Part shown: positions 1-22,872 of the stretch, piece by piece | How positions within the stretch are numbered: the stretch's first letter is position 1 | Layout of the letters: the number at the start of each line of letters is the position of its first letter | DNA from: the human T2T-CHM13v2.0 reference genome, Homo sapiens | Assembly (NCBI RefSeq): GCF_009914755.1 | Contig: NC_060933.1 | Length of the DNA: 64,000 nucleotides | Strand: one strand, 5' to 3' | Notes under the pieces: generated by a model | Told to the model about the DNA's origin: nothing | The model's database searches: none | The model's input: only the letters and a program-made list of their open reading frames with translations | Position numbers and translations under genes: made by a program

Positions 1-648
1 ACAAAAAAAAAAAAAAAAAAATTCTGTGCTTCAGAAAAACGTGAGACGAGTTAGTGCTGTTAATACATTGATTTTTAGCCTTTTTAAAATTGTCATGCAT
101 TTTTGTGTTAAGAATTTTAAGCAATTCCAAAATGTATGAGGTTAAGTGAAAATCCTCTTATTTTTCCTACTAACACTTTGCATTTATATACATAAATGCA
201 CAGAGCTATTTCTTTTCTTTCTAAACTTAAATGATATAAACTGGGTTGCAACCTGTTTCCTGCACTTGATGTTGTCATGTAGTACACTCGTAACTTTTTT
301 TTTCTGTCAGTTGTTAGGTCTAAGTGATCTGGCTTTTGAAATCAACTAAAGGTATTTAGTTGATTTTGTAGTTAGAACGGAAATTTTATCATTCAAGTTC
401 TTTTTCAAGTATGTGTTATTTCAGGAGCAAACAGCTCATTAATTTCCATTTATGTAGTTACTGTACTAAATTTATCTATAATGGGTGTCAAGGAGCTATT
501 CTCTCAAGGTTTTGTAACCCTAGTTGATAAGAAGCACTGTACTTTTCTAACATTCAAAATTTTTTATCTAGTTAGAATGTTGTAAGTGAATGCTTAGTGT
601 AGACAAAAATAAAACATGTTTGACATATCATAGAAATGTTAATCCTGA

Positions 649-1293
<645 letters not shown>

Positions 1294-2224
1294 TAGGTTT
1301 TTAATGTCTGACTATCTGTCTAGCAATATGTATATAAACCCTTGGGTGAGCCTTGCTCAATAAGTTCATTCTTAAAGTCATGAGAGGCCGTTTCAGTTTT
1401 GCTTTTCCTAGCCTTTCAGAATTATGTTCTTTGAAACAAAGGTCAATTTTATTTTGTGGAAAATCTTACTGTAAATTTTATTGTATTCTGTTTCTTTACC
1501 TGGGCTTGGTTTAGATGATGATGAATGCATGTGCCAGCCTTTTCTTGGCGAGGTTAGTGAAATGCAGTGCTTGCATTCTCCACTTGGAGCTGCTGATCCA
1601 GCACAGAAAAACAAGCCCAATTCATGGCAGTGTTGATCTCTTAGTACTAAATTGTGGGGAAAAAATTGGATGCTGATTATCTTTGTTTTGGGAGAGTTGG
1701 GAAGGAGAACGAGATGTTTGCCCAAAACTGATCATTATTCTAATTATCTTTGTTTTGGGGGGTTTGGGAGGGAAAATGAAATGTTTGCTTGATATTGATA
1801 ATTATTCTAATAAGTAGCCAATTGTATTTAACAGTTTTCAGTTTTATACTGTTGGAAAAGGCTTTAATATGGTGTACAGTAAATGTCCTATTTTAAGTTT
1901 GATGAATTCCAAATTTGACGCAATTAAAAAATAACTTGGAGGAAGCAGAAAGGTGGGATAAGCACCTATAAGTAATTCTGTAGTTGAGTGGAGATAATAA
2001 AAGATGTTTTTAAAACTATGGGTTGGAAATAGGAAATCTGAAACTATGTTAAAATAACTCTTTTTACGCTGGGGTAAAAGTATGGAAAAGTATTGTTACT
2101 GTTGACAAATTTTCTGATGACTGTTATGTCATGATCTGTTATAATTTTCAACTTGTTAGGTAATTAACTTTCTTAGTGGCTTTTTCTGCCTTACATTTTG
2201 AATGCCTTTTCCAGTTCTGAACTC

Positions 2225-2524
2225 TTTTTTTTTTTTTTTTTTTTTGAGACGGAGTCTCGCTCTGTTGCCCAGGCTGAAGTGCAGTGGCACGATCTTGGCT
2301 CACTGCAAGCTCCACCTCCCGAGTTCAGCCATTCTCCTGCCTCAGCCTCCCCAGTAGCTGGGACTACAGACGCCCGCCACCACGCCTGGCTAATTTTTTG
2401 TATTTTTAGTAGAGACAGGGTTCACCGCGTCAGCCAGGATGGTCTCAATCTCCTGATCTTGTGATCTGCCCGCCTTGGACTCCCAAAGTGCTGGGATTAC
2501 AGGCATGAGCCACCGCGCCTGGCC
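2225..2524 (-). mobile_element. Alu (AluY/Sc-like) with TSD
   Basis: Alu consensus with poly-T, flanked by ccagttctgaactc on both sides. Confidence 0.92.
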
Positions 2525-2613
2525 CCAGTTCTGAACTCTTAATAAAGCACGTGCCCCCAGATCTGATGTTGCACACTCCTAGGCAACCGGGCACAAGTGT
2601 CAGTCACAGTGGG

Positions 2614-3919
<1,306 letters not shown>

Positions 3920-4256
3920 TTATGACCTCACTACAGGATATGAATTGAATTTAAATATTTCTAGGTTATGGGAAATTAAAATTATAGTAGGTTGAATTTA
4001 GATCTGTTGTGCAGCTTTCACACTTGAAAAAAATACTTTAACAAGGAATAAATTATATAATTTTATGTTAGTGATGTCATAAACATCATTTTTGCTTTAA
4101 AATGAGACCGGTTAAGATTTACCTGTACCCAGATGATAAAGTTTTGGTAGAAAATATTAAATGGGAAAATAGAAAAGTGTGTATCTACATATATTCCTTA
4201 AGGTCTTATGTGTATCTAAGTGGGAGGGAAGTCTAATAGTTAAAAAATATAACTGT

Positions 4257-4674
<418 letters not shown>

Positions 4675-4890
4675 CTATAGTAAATATTGCACATAGTGAG
4701 AGGAGATCTTTTAAATGTATATAAAAAAAGATAGACTTTTTTTGAAGATTAAAGATGTGACAAAGTTCTCCACAATGTATTTACCAAGTATTAGATGGCT
4801 TCAAACATAGACTTTGCTTAAGATGTTTAAAGCATTAAAACTAAAGGGGAGTAAAGCAAGGTGACAGGACAGAGGAAAAGACCAGAGTCT

Positions 4891-5680
4891 CGGCCGGGCA
4901 CGGTGGCTCACGCCTGTAATCCTGGCACTTTGGGAGGCTGAGGAGACCAGCCTGACCAGGTTAGAGAAACGTCGTCTCTACTGAAAATACAACATTAGCC
5001 AGGCGTGGTGGCGCAGGCCTGTGATCCCAGCTAATCTCTACCCGGGAGGCGGAGGTTGCAGTGAGCCGAGATCGGGCCATTGCACTCCAGCCTGGGCAAC
5101 AAGAGTGAAACTCAGTCTCAAAAAAAAAACACAAGAACAAAACCAGAGTCTGTGGTCCCAGCACAGTGTCCAAGTGCTGGACTGAGTGGACAAAAAGAGA
5201 TGCCCTCAAGTACTGGCTGACTCTTGGGCAAGTTGCCAAATAGCAGTGTTTGGTTCATATTCAGGAAGTTATAACTGCAAGTCTATATATCTCATAGAAT
5301 AGCAGGAAAATCTGTTTTCAAAGTAAAAATATAAGCACTACAAACTTTAAAAACAAAAACCTTGGCCAGGCGCTGAGGCTCATGCCTGTAATCCCAGTGC
5401 TTCAGGAGGGTGAGGTGGGTGAATTGCTTGAAGCTGGGAGTTCGAGACCAGCCTGGCCAACATGGTGAAACCCTGTCTCTATTAAAAATACAAAAATTAG
5501 CTGGGCATGGTGGCACATGCCTGTAATTCCAGCATCTTGGGAGGCTGAGGCATGAGAATTGCTTGAGCCTGGGAGGCGGAGATTGCAGTGAGCCAAGATT
5601 AAACAGTGCACTGCACTTCGGGCTGGGTGACAGAGCAAGACTCTGTCTCAAAATAAGTAATTAAGTAAATAAATTAAAAA
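4891..5680 (+). mobile_element. Two Alus (~4891-5130, internally deleted; ~5364-5680)
   Basis: Alu consensus with TSDs accagagtct and aaaaacaaaaacctt. Confidence 0.88.
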
Positions 5681-6156
5681 AATACAAAATAAAAACAAAA
5701 ACCTTAGTAGCCAGTGATAAGCCATAGTTGCTATGTAATGTGCAGTTGGGATTCTAAAAGTACAGTCTGAAATATAGGGTATTCTTTCATTTTCTAGGTA
5801 CGGCTTACACACTGTGTTTTTGTAAGACTGCTTTTGTGAACTGTAGCTTATTTAGTAAAATGTACCCATGGCTGTCACAGTTATTGGGAGATGCCTGTAA
5901 TTATAGGTGAGCTTAGTTGGTCATATACTTTCTAGGATATAGGGAAAGCATGATTTAATAGTAACATCCTATTAAAAAGTAGACTGTGGGCAGTTGTAGT
6001 ATCAGCAACTTTTTTCTTTGAAGTTTTCTAAACTTCCTGAATTCTCCTATGACGTTGATTTCTAGAAAAATGAAATTTACAAGTACCTGTAAAGTTTAAT
6101 AGTGTGCTGTTGCAGATGTTGTGTTCCAGCTCTCTGCTTTGATTTTCTGTTGGTAG

Positions 6157-6319
6157 GCCAGAAGCGGACTCCTAGAAGAGGGGAGCAGCAAGGATGGAAT
6201 GACAGCCGTGGGCCGGAGGGGATGCTCGAAAGAGCTGAGCGGAGATCCTACAGGGAATACCGACCCTATGAGACAGAGAGGCAGGCAGACTTCACAGCTG
6301 AGAAGTTTCCAGATGAAAA
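6157..6319 (+). CDS. HABP4: HABP4 coding exon 2 (163 nt; [55 protein letters not shown])
   Basis: Acceptor ttctgttggtag|GC and donor AA|gtatgt. Translation matches the HABP4/Ki-1/57 sequence as I recall it. Phase 1 in, phase 2 out, joining exon 3 in frame. Confidence 0.96.
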
Positions 6320-6383
6320 GTATGTGCTGCAGTCCTCAGCAGGGCGGGTGGGGAACCAGAAAGGTTTTGAGAAAATGCTACTT

Positions 6384-6700
6384 TCTTTTTCTTTTCTTTC
6401 TTTCTTTTTTTTTTTTTTTTGAGACAGTTTCGCTCTTGTCGCCCAGGCTGGAGTGCAATGGTGCGATCTCGGCTCACTGCAACCTCCGCTCCCGGGTTCA
6501 AGCAATTCTCCTGCCTCAGCCTCCCAAGTAGCTGGGATTACAGGCATGTGCCACCACGCCCGGCTAATTTTGTATTTTTAGTAGAGACGGGGTTTCTCCA
6601 TGTTGGTCAGGCTAGTCTTGAACTCCCAACCTCAGGTGATCCACCTGCCTTGGCCTGCCAAAAGTGCTGGGATTACAGGAGTGAGCCACCATGCCCGGCC
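6384..6700 (-). mobile_element. Alu (antisense) just downstream of HABP4 exon 2
   Basis: Alu consensus with degenerate TSD agaaaat..actttct. Confidence 0.92.
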
Positions 6701-8884
6701 CAGAAAATACAACTTTCTACTGGCTACTGCTTTTTGTGGTACCAGTCCTAGGAATGTTTTACTAATTTATGTGCAATTCATGTTACCTTAGATGATGGGA
6801 AGGATCTTCCTTTTTCCTCATAGATGCCTTTACGTCTTGGTTCAGGAAATGATTGTACAATTAAAAATGAATTGCTTGTTGGTAACTGAAGAGCACTCTT
6901 AAAAAGAAATTACACAGGAGTGTGTTGAACTGGTTTTCTTTTGAAGTTCTAGATTAGAGATATAATTTTGGACTAGGGATATAATTATGGTTTTTGATTT
7001 CACATTACCAATTTAGACTGCTCAATGGATTGAAATAAATTCCTAGCTCCACGGTCAGGTCAGTAGGCTGCCATGATGAAATTTGAAGAAGAGTCTGTTA
7101 TGATGTGTAATACCAATTTCTGGAGGGCATGGCTGCTCTCCGAAGTACTCTAACATGGACAGAAGTCGTGGGCTGGTGGAGTGTTGCGTCGCTGCTTAGT
7201 GATGTGGCAGCATGGTGGCCACCGCACTCCACCTCAACACGGGGAGGGGTTGTGTCTTATGTTTGGCACTTGCTGCTTAAAGTCTTTGTTTAATCATTAA
7301 ACCTGTTTATGTTAAACAGAAACAAGTAGTGAATCACATTTCAAGGAAAATAAAGTTAAACAAGCTAAGGAAGACTAGAATAGTGAACAGTTATATGTCA
7401 AGGGAGCCATTTTTCCAAACTCTTTCTGCTTCTTGACTGCTAATTCCATTCCATTTAGGATTCTGGCTACAAGTTTTAACCAAAAAATGTGGCTTTGTAA
7501 AACTATACTATAGAGCCTATTAAAAACAAAACAAAACAAAAGTCCAGCAGAGAGTAACTTAGCCTGGGTGGGCTGAGCAGGTGATGACTCATGCAGAACT
7601 GTTCACCTGGAAGTTACACATTCAAGACATTGAGATAGTCTATCTGCAACCATGTTGGAGGGAGAAACTTACAGAAAGCCTTAATTTTGCACCTTTTTTG
7701 GTGATTACTTCAAATCTGCTGTGTAGTAAGCACAGTCTCCTTGTTTCTGCAAAGCTTCTTGTAGCAGAGCTGCTTATTTTTGGAAGCATTTGGGTATTTA
7801 TTTTCCCCTCACTTTAGGGATTCTGTGGAAATGAGGAAATTATAGTTCACTTGCACAAACCCATGTTTCCCCCCTTTTTTAGTAGCAAGACTGTGTAGTC
7901 TTTAAAAAGGATAAAATAGATCTTTATATGTGACATGAAAAAATAGCTATTAAGTGAAATAATACATATATGGAAGAGTAAGGTGGGATATGGAATTATG
8001 GAGGGGTTTTTTAATTTAAATAAGGTCAGAATTACAGAAAAGTTTTAAGAATTATACGAAGAATTTCCATCTGCCCTTCGAGACCCCCCACATACTAACT
8101 GTTTACCACATTTGCTTTATCATTCATCCCCCACCACACCACACAGCCTTTCTTTGTTATTTGAGAATAAGGTGTAGGAATGTCCCCTTACTCCTAAATA
8201 CTTTAAATGCATTTCCTAAAAACATGATACAATTTTCAAAGTCATTAAAATGAATACAATACTGTTACCTAATTCTCTAAATTACGGAGTCTACAGACTT
8301 TACTCAGATTTCACCAATTGTCCCAGTGATGTCTTTTCACAAAAGAGAAAACATTTCTGCTTCAGGATCCACTCCAGGCAAATGCATTGTATTTAGTCAT
8401 CTTTAATTAGGAACAGCTCCTTAGCCTTCCTTTGTCCTTATGAATTTGACATGTTGTAGAGTATGAGCCAGTTATTTTATAACATGTCCCAGATTTTGAG
8501 TTTTTCTGATGTTTCCTCGTGGAATGAGGTTACGCACTTTTGGCAGGAATGCCACAGAAGTAATGTGTTCTCAGCGCATCGCAGTACAGATATGTAGGGG
8601 ATTTTCACTTTCAGGGAAATCTGAATCTTGATATCAGAAAACATTTTCTTAGTTTCTTAAAAAATACCCTCAATAAATAATACTCTTAACTAATAATAAA
8701 AACACTCTTAATAAATAAAACATATAAAGTTTTATTTGTGACAAACTCACAAGCAAAAGGAAGGAAAATAACATTTGAGCCAAGCATCCTGCTTTATAGA
8801 CTTGTGATTCACTGTCTTACAACAGTCCTAGCAAGTAGACATGATGCCTGTTTCACAAGTGGGAAGCCTGAAGCCCATGAAAGT

Positions 8885-9060
8885 ATGAATGAGGAGTTCA
8901 GTGTGGATACCAAGTTTCAGTTTGAAAACATAAAAAGTTCTGGAGAAGAATGGTGATGATAGTTGCACAACAGTGTGAATGTACTTAATGCCACAGAACT
9001 GAACACTGAAAAATGATTAAAATGGTAAATGTTATGGTATGTATATTTTACCACAATTTG
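8885..9060 (+). mobile_element. Old L1 (L1MB-like) 3' end fragment
   Basis: aaaagttctggaga...tgcacaacagtgtgaatgtacttaatgccacagaactg...tatattttaccacaa is typical of L1M 3'UTRs. Confidence 0.7.
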
Positions 9061-9653
9061 CTTAAAGCTTGTTAATAATGGGGGGAGGGTAAACATCTGA
9101 GGGATTTTTTTTTTCAGAACAGGAATTGATTTTAAATGACCAGTAAACTACAGAAAGGAAGAGCCAAAATTCATCTAGACAGAGGCAGACTAATCTCCTA
9201 ATAGTCTGTTCTAAGAGTTCAGTTAAGTTTATTTGGAGCCTAAGGAAAAATTCCTACTGCATTAAAAACAGTAGTTTACTCCCAGAATATGTGCACCACA
9301 TGATATAGCAGATCTCGGGGGCGGAGACATGCCCGTTAATCCCAGCGCCGTTTATGACATTGCTTCCGTGGGAAAACACGTTCTCTGCCTGGGTAGAATA
9401 GAAATCCATGGCAGCTGGCTGTGACAAGACTACTACACACATTGCTGAAACTCTGGGTCTGTTTTCTCATTGAAAAATGGAGAGGGCTGAATTTAGATAA
9501 TCTTTCGAGATTATAAAGATTCTATAATTCTGTCCAATAAACATGTATAGGTATTAAAGAAACTCAAGGTGACACCCTTTTTCACTATCAGATGAGCAAA
9601 GATCAAATTTTATCATATTCAAGCTTGGGGAAAGTGCTATAAGAAATGCTCTT

Positions 9654-10708
<1,055 letters not shown>

Positions 10709-10751
10709 ATTACTGTTACTTTTCTTTTGTTTTAGAACTGTACTTTAGATT

Positions 10752-11480
<729 letters not shown>

Positions 11481-13114
11481 TGACGTTAATGATCAGTACT
11501 TCTGTATTTCTTTATTTTTTGAGTAAGGAAGATTGCGAGTTTTGTATACTTTTACCCACTATTGTATAGCGGTTTCTTAATGTAACACTTTTAGCCATAA
11601 AAGTAGATTGTAACATACCTCTACTGCTGGTGTTTGAGCTACTAATGCCACTAGGTTTCTTGATGCCAGGACCTCCATTAAATAAGTAATTTCTTGTGAT
11701 TTTAAATGTTTTTAAAAGCCTTTCCAAATTAGAAAACATTTATTAAACTATTGTTACAATGGTGAAAAAGAGCTTAGAGCTTAGTGAAGGAGAGACAAGT
11801 CCTCAGAAAGAGTGCTGGTGCCCAGCGACGGTGCAGGGAGGAGTGGGTGGGCAATCAGGTCCTGGGTCCAGGCTCTGATGTGGCAGAGGAAGAAGAGGGA
11901 GGAGTGGCTTGGGCTCTCGCTCGTATTGTGAGTTGGGAATCACAGGAGGAATAAGGGCTCCGCGTTGGGCATGTGTGTGCCTGACTTGGGGATGTCCGGG
12001 TGGAGATGTCTAGGAAGTAACTGGCTTCATGTCCTGCAATCAGATGAGAGACACAGGGCCAGTTAGCATTAGCATGGGGGGCCAGGCGGATGTGGCATGA
12101 GCCGAGATCCTGCCACTGCACTCCAGCCTGGGCAACAGAGCAAGGCTCTGCCTCAAAAAAAGAAATCTAAAGTAAGGTTCTAATAAAAGAAAAGTGAGAG
12201 TGCCCACAAGGATAAGGACAGATGGGTATCCGTATAGAGCACCAAGACAAGTGGTTAGGCACGAGAGGCAGACGGAGAACTTTTCCCTTCTGTGAATCTT
12301 GAATTGGCTGCCTCTGAGAAGTGGAATTGCGTGGCTGAGGAACAATGTGAGTTTTGTACCATGTTTGGGTATTATCTATTCCAAAAATAATTTTCTAAGG
12401 GCAGGCAGAAAAAGAGAAGCCAGAAAGTCAGGAAGATTGGTGGCCAGGAGTGTCATATGACACTGGGGTCAAATGACATGAAGACAAAAGTTGCTATTGG
12501 GCTTAAAGAGGTCTTCAGCTGCCCTTGGCCGTTTATGTGGAGTAATGAGGTGGAAGGCAGGTTAAGGTTTTCACAGTTCCAAATGTTACCGGCTGGTTGT
12601 GTGTTTAGGAGGGAGATTTGGAAAGGGGCATAATTTGAAGTTTAACCATTTTTCTTACACAAAACATTCCAAATTTAACTTAAAGATTTGGTATTAGAAC
12701 AGGAATGAACGTTAGAATTTATTTATCAACATTCTCATTTTTTGAGTAAGGAAACTAGATCCAGAGAGAGAAAGGAATGCCCCATTCAGATTAGTACTAT
12801 GCCTGTCTAGCACCTGCTTCTCCTGGACTGGCCCCACCACTTAGCCTACTCTCTGCTTCCGTTTCCTCATCTATAGGCAATAATTGTATATTAAAGATTT
12901 GTTTGTGAGAATCCAGTTACTATATGTAAAGTGCTCAGAACAATGCCAGGTATATAGTCTATAGTATGCGCTCACTAAAGGTTAACTATTAATTTGTGAT
13001 TCAAGCCACCATTCTTTCCAGTATACTATAACCATGATTTTCTTTTAGAATTTTTTTCTGGAGAGACCTTAGACCTTTAATTTACCAGTTTTTATTATAT
13101 CCACTCCTTCCTAG

Positions 13115-13276
13115 ACCAGGTGATAGGTTTGATCGAGACAGACCGTTGAGAGGACGTGGAGGCCCGAGAGGGGGTATGCGCGGCAGAGGCAGAGGTGGCC
13201 CTGGGAACAGAGTTTTTGACGCTTTTGACCAGAGAGGAAAGCGAGAATTTGAAAGATATGGTGGGAATGACAAAAT
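13115..13276 (+). CDS. HABP4: HABP4 exon 3 (162 nt; RGG box [53 protein letters not shown])
   Basis: Acceptor ccttcctag|A and donor AT|gtaagt. Contains RGG repeats and the GKREFER motif shared with SERBP1-family proteins. Phase 2-2. Confidence 0.97.
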
Positions 13277-13487
13277 GTAAGTTTCTTTGTAAATGCTATT
13301 TTCACTTTAAGATGGTGTCAGCACGTGGTATGAATCTATTATGTGTTAATATTTAGTTAACTTTATAGTACTGTGCTGTTATTCTTGTGAGAAGCTGATC
13401 CTGGGACTTTTATGAACCACTCTTTCTGATTTGGAGATTGACTGGAGACTAGCTTCTGGTTTAAGGGACTATTCTTTCTTTCCGTAG

Positions 13488-13556
13488 AGCAGTCAGAACT
13501 GAAGACAACATGGGTGGATGTGGAGTTCGAACCTGGGGATCGGGTAAAGATACCAG
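13488..13556 (+). CDS. HABP4: HABP4 exon 4 (69 nt; [22 protein letters not shown])
   Basis: Acceptor ttctttctttccgtag|A and donor AG|gtacgg. Contains the GG.G..WG motif of the HABP4/PAI-RBP1 domain. Phase 2-2. Confidence 0.95.
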
Positions 13557-13866
13557 GTACGGTGTAAGTGTGTGCCCTCTGAGAACCTGCAATTAAGTGG
13601 AAATCTCTGGATCTTTGCTTTTCTTGAAAATGATGTCTTCTGTATTGTGCTTTATACTTGTGTGCCCCTAAGTAGAGATTGATTTTAGGCTTTTGTTTCG
13701 TGAGATAAGTTTTTAAAACAGGTTTGCTATGTTGCAGTTAGATTTAAACTGCTTTTAAAATTCTATTACTTTAGCCAAACAAATTTGTGACAGATGACCA
13801 TGTATTTGCTGATGCCTCAAACATATGGCACTGTACATTTGCACATGCCTCAAAATGCTTTTTGTT

Positions 13867-14312
<446 letters not shown>

Positions 14313-14698
14313 CTAAAATGCTTTTTAAATTCCTGGATATTCTATATGTTTTTACCTTTCAAAGTTCATGTGGATCCTTGACACATCTTCATTTCATAAA
14401 ATCATTTGTAGATTGAAGCTTAGTGACAGGTTTCACCTGAGGCTCAAGTTGGACATTTCTCTGAGGCTTCATGGTGCCTTAGATCTGTGCCAATTCTTCT
14501 GCTAGTTAGAGTGGATACATGGTTCTGCTCTGTTTTATTTCACAGCTGGAGGGATGATGCCTTCCTGGTGTCTGCAGAAGAAGAGGTAGGGCATGCTGCA
14601 GGCAGTGCAGTGTGAGCAGTGCTACAGGGCAGGCTTCCCGCTAGTGCAGAGGCTTGAGGGGATCCAGGCTTCCACTTTTCTTCTTTTGAAGAATATAA

Positions 14699-17596
<2,898 letters not shown>

Positions 17597-17814
17597 ATGA
17601 TTTACTTTCAACAAAATAGCAGAACCTGCCAAATTAATTGCTGCTAATTTTGAAACTTAATTGTCTTTCAGTTTTGATCATACAGTTCTATGATAGCTGT
17701 AGGCACAATATTTTATATTCATTTATAAAATAGGTCAACATAGGAGGACATCTATGATTTTTCTTTTCTGTAAAATCAGCTAATTGCTGAAGTTTAAGAA
17801 ATACTCAGTTTTTT

Positions 17815-18207
<393 letters not shown>

Positions 18208-18400
18208 TGGAACCTTCATTTTAAAAAACAAAAGTTAATTATTCAAGTTTTGTTTTAAAAAGAGTGAGTTTTTAAAGAATTGATTTCAGTAGGTTGGAGT
18301 TGAGAATTTAATACTTATTTAAATTGAAAAAGTCTTTTCTGTTATTGTAGTTCAATTTGTGGTTACTTTTAAAAAAAAACTTACTTTAAAGCCCTCAATA

Positions 18401-18706
18401 GGCCAGGCACAGCAGCTCGTAACTGTAACCCCAGCACTTTGGGAAGTCGAGGTGGGAGGTCAGGAGTTCGAAACCAGCCTGACCAACATGGTGAAACCCT
18501 GTCTCTACCAAAAATACAAAAAAAATTAGCTGGGCGTGGTGGTGGACGCCTGTAATCCCAGTTACTCAGGAGGCTGAGGGAGGAGAATCACTTAAACCTG
18601 GGAGGGAGGTTGCACTGATCCGAGATTGCACCACTGCACTCCAGCCTGGGCGACAGAGTGAGACTCAGTCTCAAAAAAAAAAAAAAAACCCAAAAAACCA
18701 AAAAAA
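18401..18706 (+). mobile_element. Alu upstream of HABP4 exon 5
   Basis: Alu consensus with an A tail. Confidence 0.9.
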
Positions 18707-18788
18707 CAATGTTTTCTCCTTCTTAAACATACAAAGGCATTGGTATGAATGTATTTGTGTGACTAGAGAGGGTCTTGCTGTTTTTCAG

Positions 18789-18872
18789 TGATGTGGAGCC
18801 AACTGCACCGATGGAGGAACCCACAGTGGTGGAGGAGTCCCAGGGCACCCCGGAAGAGGAGTCTCCAGCCAA
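18789..18872 (+). CDS. HABP4: HABP4 exon 5 (84 nt; [28 protein letters not shown])
   Basis: Acceptor gtttttcag|T and donor AA|gtaggg. Acidic linker in frame with both neighbours. Phase 2-2. Confidence 0.94.
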
Positions 18873-18876
18873 GTAG

Positions 18877-19866
<990 letters not shown>

Positions 19867-19899
19867 TCCAAGTTCTTAAATACCCATGCGCCTTCAACT

Positions 19900-21610
19900 C
19901 TCTGGCCCTTTGGACCTGCTGCTGTAACTTGCTAGCAAAACCCCTCCTGGGTGACTCCACTATCTGCCTTCTCTCTGCCTGTTCCCACAAGCTGAGCACT
20001 ACAAGTCACATCGTGGGCCTGGTTGGAACCCCAGTAAATTCCCGGTCACTGATATTCTGAAACCAGGCCTTGGCGATCCCCGGTTCTTGGGTTCACTCTT
20101 TCTCTCACCTTCTCTAATGACTGTTTTAATTTCTCCTCAAAACCCTGACACTGCCTCCCACTGTACCCTTCCGCCATCGTCCTCTTTCATTTTCTGGATG
20201 CAACATTTCCTTCTATATCACAGAGTAATTATGATCCATTAGGTGGCAACTTCATCATCCTCCCACTGCCAAAGATACAAGACTGCTACACCTGCACGCC
20301 TCCTGGGCTCCTTCCCTCGTGCTAACCATCGGGCTGCCATCCCCCCCGACCTCTTCACGCTTCAGATCTTTCCTACTGACTTCATGAAAACTTCATACTG
20401 TTAGTTAGCTCCTTCCTTTTTTGGTATATTCATCTCCTTCCTCCCAACCCTAGTCTTCCAGTCAGCATTTAAACATGCTCAGTCTCTCCTGCGTAAGTGT
20501 CCTCTGGACCCCACATTCTCCGTCAGCTGCCTCTTTCAGAGTTGCATGTGGCCTTCTTCACTTCCTCCCCTCCACTTATTCCTCCCTTTAGTCCAGGCCT
20601 GGCTTCTGTCCTCACTGTCCTTCTGAAACAGTCACCATGTCTCCAGATCTAATGGATGCTGCAGTCTGCGTCTTTCTTGACCTCTCAGAAGCATTTGACT
20701 TTATTGATTTCTTCGTAAACGTGCTCTCCTGTTGGTTTCTGTGATCACTCTGCTCTTCTTTTCCTTCTGCCTCTCAGCATCTCCTTTGCAGGCTCATCCT
20801 TGTCTTTCGGGTCTTTTAAAATGTTAAGTTCTTCAGGGCCCTGCCTTAGGCCTTCTCTTTCTGTAGAGTTTCTTTATAGGATCTTATGCACTTCTGTGAC
20901 TTAAATTGTCGTTTACACACTAACTCTGGAATATGTATCTCTGGCTCTTAACTTCAATGTGGGCTCCAGGCCTGTGGCTCCATCTGCCTACTGGACACTT
21001 TCCCTGGGACATCCCAGATGCTCCTGTGCCCAGCCTGACCGAGACTGAGCTGACTCCTCCCCACACCTCTGGTCCTCACTCAGTGTTTCCATCCAACTGT
21101 ACAAACCAGAAACCTACGAGTCATCCTTGGAACTTCTGTCTTCTTGACCCTCCTCTTTCCAAAACCCAGTCCTTCCCTCTGCTCTGGTGATTGTACCCCT
21201 AAATACCGAGCATCACCACTCACCAGCGTCGTCTAAGCCATTGTTATCTGGACCACCACTGGAGCCCCTCACAGGGCTCCCTGCATCCTCACCTACGCCA
21301 AGGTGGTGTTCACACCGCATTCTGATTGTCATGCCCCCACCCCTTGCTTAAGACCCTCCAATGTCTTCCTGTCCTTTTTCTGTCCCCTGTTCTGACCTGC
21401 AGAGTCCTGTGTGGTCTGGCCCCTGCAAAACCCTCAAGTTCAGACATTCCTGTGCCTTCTCTGGGTTCACCATGAGGCCTTTATTTCATGTTCTCAAATG
21501 TACTTTTATCCCACCCCTGCCCTCACACTTGCCATACAGCTTTCACAAGTGTTGTTTCTTTGTTTTCCCAAACCCCCTTTACTCTTCGCCTATCTGTCTC
21601 TTACTCATCC
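19900..21610. mobile_element. Degenerate L2 LINE
   Basis: Long pyrimidine-skewed tract with L2-like words (cagcatttaaacatgctc, ttgacctctcagaagcatttgac). Boundaries are approximate. Confidence 0.6.
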
Positions 21611-21629
21611 TTCAGCTGCCAAAAGGCAG

Positions 21630-21880
21630 GGTGTCTAGTGGTTAAGAGCACAGACATTGAACCAGTGTGATGAGTTGAAATCCCAGCTCTGCCACTTACT
21701 AGTTGGGCAAGTTATTTAATTTCTTTTTCAGTGGCTCAGTTTTCTTCATCTGTAAAATGGGAATAATAACGTACCTACATTATAGGGTTCTTGTAAAGAT
21801 TTTGTGTGTGTGCGTGCGTTTATATCTGTGTCCTAGAGTGGTGCCTGGCATGTAGCTAGTGCTTTATCAGTATCTGCTCT
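21630..21880 (+). mobile_element. MIR
   Basis: tagtggttaagagcacagac...aaatcccagctctgccacttact...ctcagttttcttcatctgtaaaatgggaataata is the MIR core. Similar MIR fragments lie near 12860, 23240, 23910, 45480 and 46500. Confidence 0.8.
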
Positions 21881-22872
21881 TATTATTGTTACTTACTTCA
21901 AGAGTGAAAGGCCACAGTGATTGATGATTGTGAAAGCTGTATTCAAAACAATTGCAATGTATTATTCAAAACAAGAAATGTGTTTCATTAAATAAATAGG
22001 AGTAACAGTTAATATGAATATTTAGACAGTGAGCTAACTAAGGAACTAGATTAACAGTTTATATGAATGTTGAGAAAGTTAACTGGATACCTTCAGGAGA
22101 ACATTATATCCTTTTTGAGCCAATAAACATTTATACAAATTCAGGTAATATAAGGCAGAATAATAGAGAGTAAATTATAGTATTGTTCTAATCTATAGAA
22201 TTGATTGAGATACTCTAGTATTCATAATATTAGACAAAAATATTTAGTCACTGTGAAAGAAAATAAAGCTTGTTGACTGTCTGTCTGCAGTATCCCAGGA
22301 GAGCTAGCTGGAAAATCTTTCTCTCTCTTTTCTGCTGACCTGGGGGGAAAGTGAGCATCTATTTGGAATTGCAAGTGCAATGCAGGTATTGAGTGACCGT
22401 GCCGAGAGATTCTTTTTTCTGCACTGCCTTGTCAAATTTTAACATTATTACTAAAATTTCTAATAATACAATTATAATTTTTTGATACTCTAAAAGTTGG
22501 GCTGGTATCCGAGAAATACATTGAGTGATAGCGATGCTCTCTGGTGTCAGCCCTGTTTGAATGTTGATTTTGCACTCTGGCTTCTGGCATTTAGCCTGAA
22601 TGTACATTCAGTGTACCTCTCAGTTCTAGAATGTCTTGATAGATGAATCTAATGTACTCTCACTTATGTTCAAACACACAACCCAAAGTGCACTTCCATT
22701 TTCCTCAAATAGGACATATTTTACTGATAATTATATGTGCAATGCCCTTCCATCCTTCCATCTTCTCCTTTCATTACAGAAGTATTAACTGTTCCTTGTT
22801 GCATAGTGTTCTAGTGTCCGACGATACCTGTGACGACTCTTTGTATTTTGTTTTAAGAATAACTCTAACATT

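Noticed and set aside
6130-6156. In-frame alternative acceptor 27 nt upstream of HABP4 exon 2
   Set aside because: The pyrimidine tract is weak and the sequence alone gives no evidence of use.
7073-7200. ATGATGA resembling a snoRNA C box in HABP4 intron 2
   Set aside because: There is no suitably placed CTGA D box or terminal stem.
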